From Selaginella moellendorffii (Eukaryota > Plantae > Lycopodiophyta): 64,000 nt of DNA. Position numbers and translations under genes: made by a program. The stretch is from contig NW_003314400.1 in NCBI RefSeq assembly GCF_000143415.4, positions 62,001 to 126,000 of the forward strand. The letters are read 5' to 3'. A model generated the notes under the pieces. The model was given only the letters and a program-made list of their open reading frames with translations. It was not told the origin of the DNA and did not search any database. This document shows, piece after piece, positions 60,122 through 64,000 of the stretch (within the stretch, counting starts at the first letter, position 1; each line of letters begins with the position of its first letter).

Positions 60122-62441
60122 ACCCATCAGAGAGGATTGATGGGGAGAGATTTAAAAGGTTATTTCAAGAATTAAAATTTGGAGATCTATTTGTTGCCCA
60201 CAATGGTGAGCCTCTCATCTATCGGATGTTGTTGGAACATAGCCGCCACCTAATCTTTGTCCAAACAAAAACATTGCGACTATACAACTTCATTCTGGTT
60301 TCTGACACATATGCTTTCGTATATGGTGATCAATTGACCAGATTGATAAATGGAGTCCTCGATAAATAATGTGGGAATAACGATTTTCAAAAGTTAGAAC
60401 ACTATTTAGGAAATGGTGGCAGGAAAGTTGATATTCTTCAACAAGTGCAACTAGAGCAATAGCAGCAGCCAGCACAGCAGTAGCCAGTGCAATAGCGGCA
60501 ATAGCAACATTGGCAACAATAGCCACACAGCTGGTAGAGTAGGAGCAGCAACAGCCAGCACAGCAGCCACGCTAGGTATGCTATCGTGGGAGAGGGCAAC
60601 AGTAGTCGTAGCAACTAGCGGAGCAAGAGTAGCAGTAGCAATTGGCAGAGCAAGAGCAATAGCAGCCGATGCAACAACCACGCCAGATATGCTATCGTAG
60701 GAGAGGGCAGCAGCAGCATCAGCATCAACAGCAACAACTGCAGCAGCTGCCAGAATAGGAGTAGCAGCAGATTCGATGCTTGCATGAGAAAGAATTACCG
60801 AAACCATGCAACCCTAAAATCAATGACCACCCTGTTTCTTTAGTGTTTAGGGTTTTTCAATGTTCTTGGTTGTTAGGGCTTATTCCAAAGAATATAGAAG
60901 GTGTTGTTGATTGAGTAGACACGGTAAGGAACATAGAGTTACTAGATTCAAGACTCGCATACTGTGAGCATTTGCTCATGCTCTTCTAAGATGCTGCTTT
61001 TGGTAGACTTATTTTGGAGTGGAGTGAAGTGCCTAAAAATCCCTTTCCTTTGCCTCCCCTCCCTGAGAGCAAGTGGAATTTAATTGAGACAGTTTTAAAC
61101 TACAAAAAGAACTTTTAAAGTACTTAAAGAACAATTAAAATTTTTCTAAGTGTAGATGAAGTTCTTTTCGAGGGTACTGGGAGAATGAAAATAGTGTCCC
61201 TTTTCAAAGTGGAGAGACAGTAATATACCCATCAGAGAGGATTGATTGGGAGAGATTTAAAAAGTTATTTCAAGAGTTGAAACCTGGAGATCTGTTTGCT
61301 TGAAGATTTTTAGCCCACAACAGTGAGCATCTCATCTATTAAATGTTGTTGGAACATGGCTGCCACCTAATCTTTGTCCAAACAAGAACATTGCAACTAT
61401 ACAACTTCATTATAGTTTTTGACACATATGCTTCTGTATATGGTGATCAATTGACTAGATTGATAAATAAACTCCTCGATAAATAGTGTGGGAACAACGA
61501 TTTTCAAAAGTTAGAACACTATTTAGGAAATGGTGGCAAGAAAGTTGATACTCTTCAACAAGTGCAAGCAGAGCAACAACAGCAATAGTAACATCAGCAG
61601 TAGCAGCCACACAACTGGTAGAGCAAAAGTAGCAGCAGCCAACACAACAGCCACGCTAGGTATGCTATCATGGGAGAGAGCAACAATAGTCACAACAACT
61701 GGTGGAGCAAGAGTAGCAGCAACAACTGGCCAAGCAAGAGTAGCAGCAGCTGACGTAGTAGCCACACCAGATATGCTATCGTAGGAGAGGGTAGTAGCAG
61801 CATCAGCATCAGTAGCAACAGCTGCAGCAACTGCCAGAGTAGGAGTAGCAACAGCCCTAGCTAGAGGTCGCAGATTTGATGCTTGCATGAGAAAGAATTA
61901 CTGAAACCATGCAACCTTAAGATCAACAGCCGCCCTCGTGTTTCATTGTTTAGGGTTTTTCAATGTTCTTGGTTGTTAGGGCTTATTCCAAAGAATATAG
62001 AAGGTGCTGTCAATTGAGCAAATGCAATAAGGAACATGGAGTTAAGAGATTCAAAACTTGCATATTGCGAGCACTTGCTTGCACTCTTCTGAGAGCTATT
62101 GGTGTTGCTTTTGGTAGACCTATTTTGGAGTGGAGTGAAGTGCCTAAAAATCCCTTTCCTCTGCCTCCCCTCCCTGAGAGTGAGTGGAATCTAATCAAGA
62201 GAGTTTTAAACTATTTAAAAGACTTTTAAAGTACTTAAAGAATTATTGAAATTTTTTTGAGTGTAGATGAAGTTCTTTTTAAGGGTATTGGGACAATGAA
62301 AATAGTGTCCAAAGAATACAGAAGGCGCTATCGATTGAGCAAACATGGTAAGGAACATAGAGTTAAGAGATTCAAGACTCACATATTGCGAGCACTTGCT
62401 TGTGCTCTTCTAAAAGCTATTGGTGCTGCTTTTGGTAGACC
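60122..62441 (+). repeat. Diverged ~1.1-kb tandem repeat (60122-61199, 61227-62310, partial 62311-62441) with AGC/AGT-rich core
   Basis: Both units start ACCCATCAGAGAGGATTGAT and end GAAAATAGTGTCC. Confidence 0.85.
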
Positions 62442-62449
62442 TTTGGCAA

Positions 62450-64000
62450 GTCAGAGGAACAAATCCTCTAGTTGAAGTTACTAACTTTAAAAGGGGTGGC
62501 TTATAGGGCCAAGCATGGAAGAGTCTATGCATGATCACAGATTTGTCAGGTGAAAGGACTTAGTAGTGCGGAGGAACTACATTCTTAAGCTGTGATTTAT
62601 AGCGCGCTTTAAGTATAAATTAGTTTACTGGTGTAGGGAGTCACGCCAGGCATCCTGTGTAATGCCGTCCGTAGATGCATATACGGAGGTTGGGTTCAAG
62701 TCCTGACCCTCTAGTGCTTAGGTTCGAGTCTCAACTCACTAGGGCGTAATGATGATTTGGAATATGAGGACACTCATTTTTCAGTGGTCATAGACTCTTA
62801 GTAAGGAGACTGGCTTGGGCACACCGCCAAGCGGGGGATGCCCCGGAGTCGTGATGCATGGTTAAATTGCTAAGTGTGAAAACTTAACATATCTAACTTA
62901 AACACTTTGGTGCAATTGATACCAAGGACGTGGTGAATGAGATGGGGACACCCAATCTTAGTTGTTATGGACCCTTGGCTAGAAGGGTTAGCTTGGGCAT
63001 ACCACCAAATGTGGGGGATGCCCCCGGGGTCATGGTCAACAACTTAAAGGTGTAAGCAATTCGAGAGATGATCCGTTGGGGTTCAAATACAGAAGGAAAG
63101 GGCCTATAAACAAGAGTGCACCCTCTTTTCCAATCGGTTAAGGGTCTTGGGATATTTGGGATTAAGCGTCCTTGGGTTTGAATAGTACTGGGCTGGGTGA
63201 CCTCTTGGGAAGTCCAAATTCAGGAGTTTACATTTGGTATCAGAGGGGTCTCAGGTTTGACTCTGTTGGTTGGCTAGGGGAATCATACCATATGTTAATT
63301 GACATCTGGTAGGTCCAGTTTGCTCCCACTGGGCTTGACGACTCGAGGGGTAGGGTCTCAAGAGAGTGGGGCTCTCGGGAGAGCTGCGGCTCCTAGCTTC
63401 CGTTCATAAGGGCATGAACTTACAAGGAAGCGTGGTGAATTGTAAGCAACCAAAGGGAACAACTCGAGAGATGATCCGTTGGGGTTCAAATATAAAGGGA
63501 AAGGGCCCATAAACAAGAGTGCACCCCTTTTTCCAATCGGTTAAGGGTCTTGGGATATTTGGGGTTAAGTGTCCTTGGGTTAATGTTAATGGTGTGGCTT
63601 GGTTAAGGGTTGGGTGACCTAATGTTAATGTTAATGGTGTGGCTTGGTTAAGGTGACCAAGTGGGAAGAACATTTAAGGGCAATGTGATGGCATAGTGAG
63701 TCCAAAGAAAGTAGTCTTTATAAGAGACCCATAGGAGGGTTACAAAGTTGGGCTATGGATGGGGTCTATAGCAGAAAATGCTAAAAAGACCTACTAGGGG
63801 TGAGCACCTTTTGGATTTGGCAAAGTGGAGTTTTTGCCATGGAACCAAAAGAATACCTCAAGGATGAAGGTAGTGATCTTATGTTACTTAGAACAACAAT
63901 TAATGGATAGGAGCAAAAAACTAGTGGCTAAGAAAAGAGCCATGGGAATCATGGGATAAAACCCAAGTGGCAAAGTTAAGCCAAGAACACTAATATGGTA
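62450..64000 (+). mobile_element. LTR end (..TTTACA 63232) + tRNA-iMet PBS + start of internal region; LTR start not located
   Basis: TGGTATCAGAG at 63235; ~120-bp direct repeat 63061-63177/63464-63580. Confidence 0.55.

Noticed and set aside
60451-61888. Ala/Val-rich minus-strand ORFs as genes
   Set aside because: Produced by low-complexity trinucleotide sequence inside a tandem repeat; no other support
62640-62740. tRNA gene
   Set aside because: B-box-like motifs only; I could not build a cloverleaf

Overview
Eukaryotic plant nuclear DNA. Compact GC-rich genes with ~50-65 bp introns, many PLS-class PPR genes/fragments and UGTs point to a lycophyte such as Selaginella (inference). 1-27 kb is repeat-rich: (i) a decayed Ty3/gypsy element with a -1 frameshift signal; (ii) a very young 2.9-kb non-autonomous LTR element encoding a Gag-integrase C-terminus fusion, inserted into an orphan gene; (iii) an old chromovirus carrying a nested element with minisatellite-containing LTRs, where the locus appears twice around an N gap; (iv) UGT/PPR pseudogenes and a mosaic of gene fragments. 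27-50 kb is gene-dense: an orphan tandem beta-sandwich-like protein, UGT, PLS-E PPR, B3/REM, CCCH-RRM, LRR, Myb/TTF1-like, KIX-like, DUF1005, ALG2 and a small glycine-zipper protein. 50-64 kb holds decayed duplicates, a retroelement relic, a very AT-rich secreted chimeric GNA-type lectin gene, a frameshifted STAND-like ATPase, tRNA-His, a 1.1-kb tandem repeat and an LTR end with PBS. All calls were made by eye; no searches were run, and intron/pseudogene boundaries are approximate.
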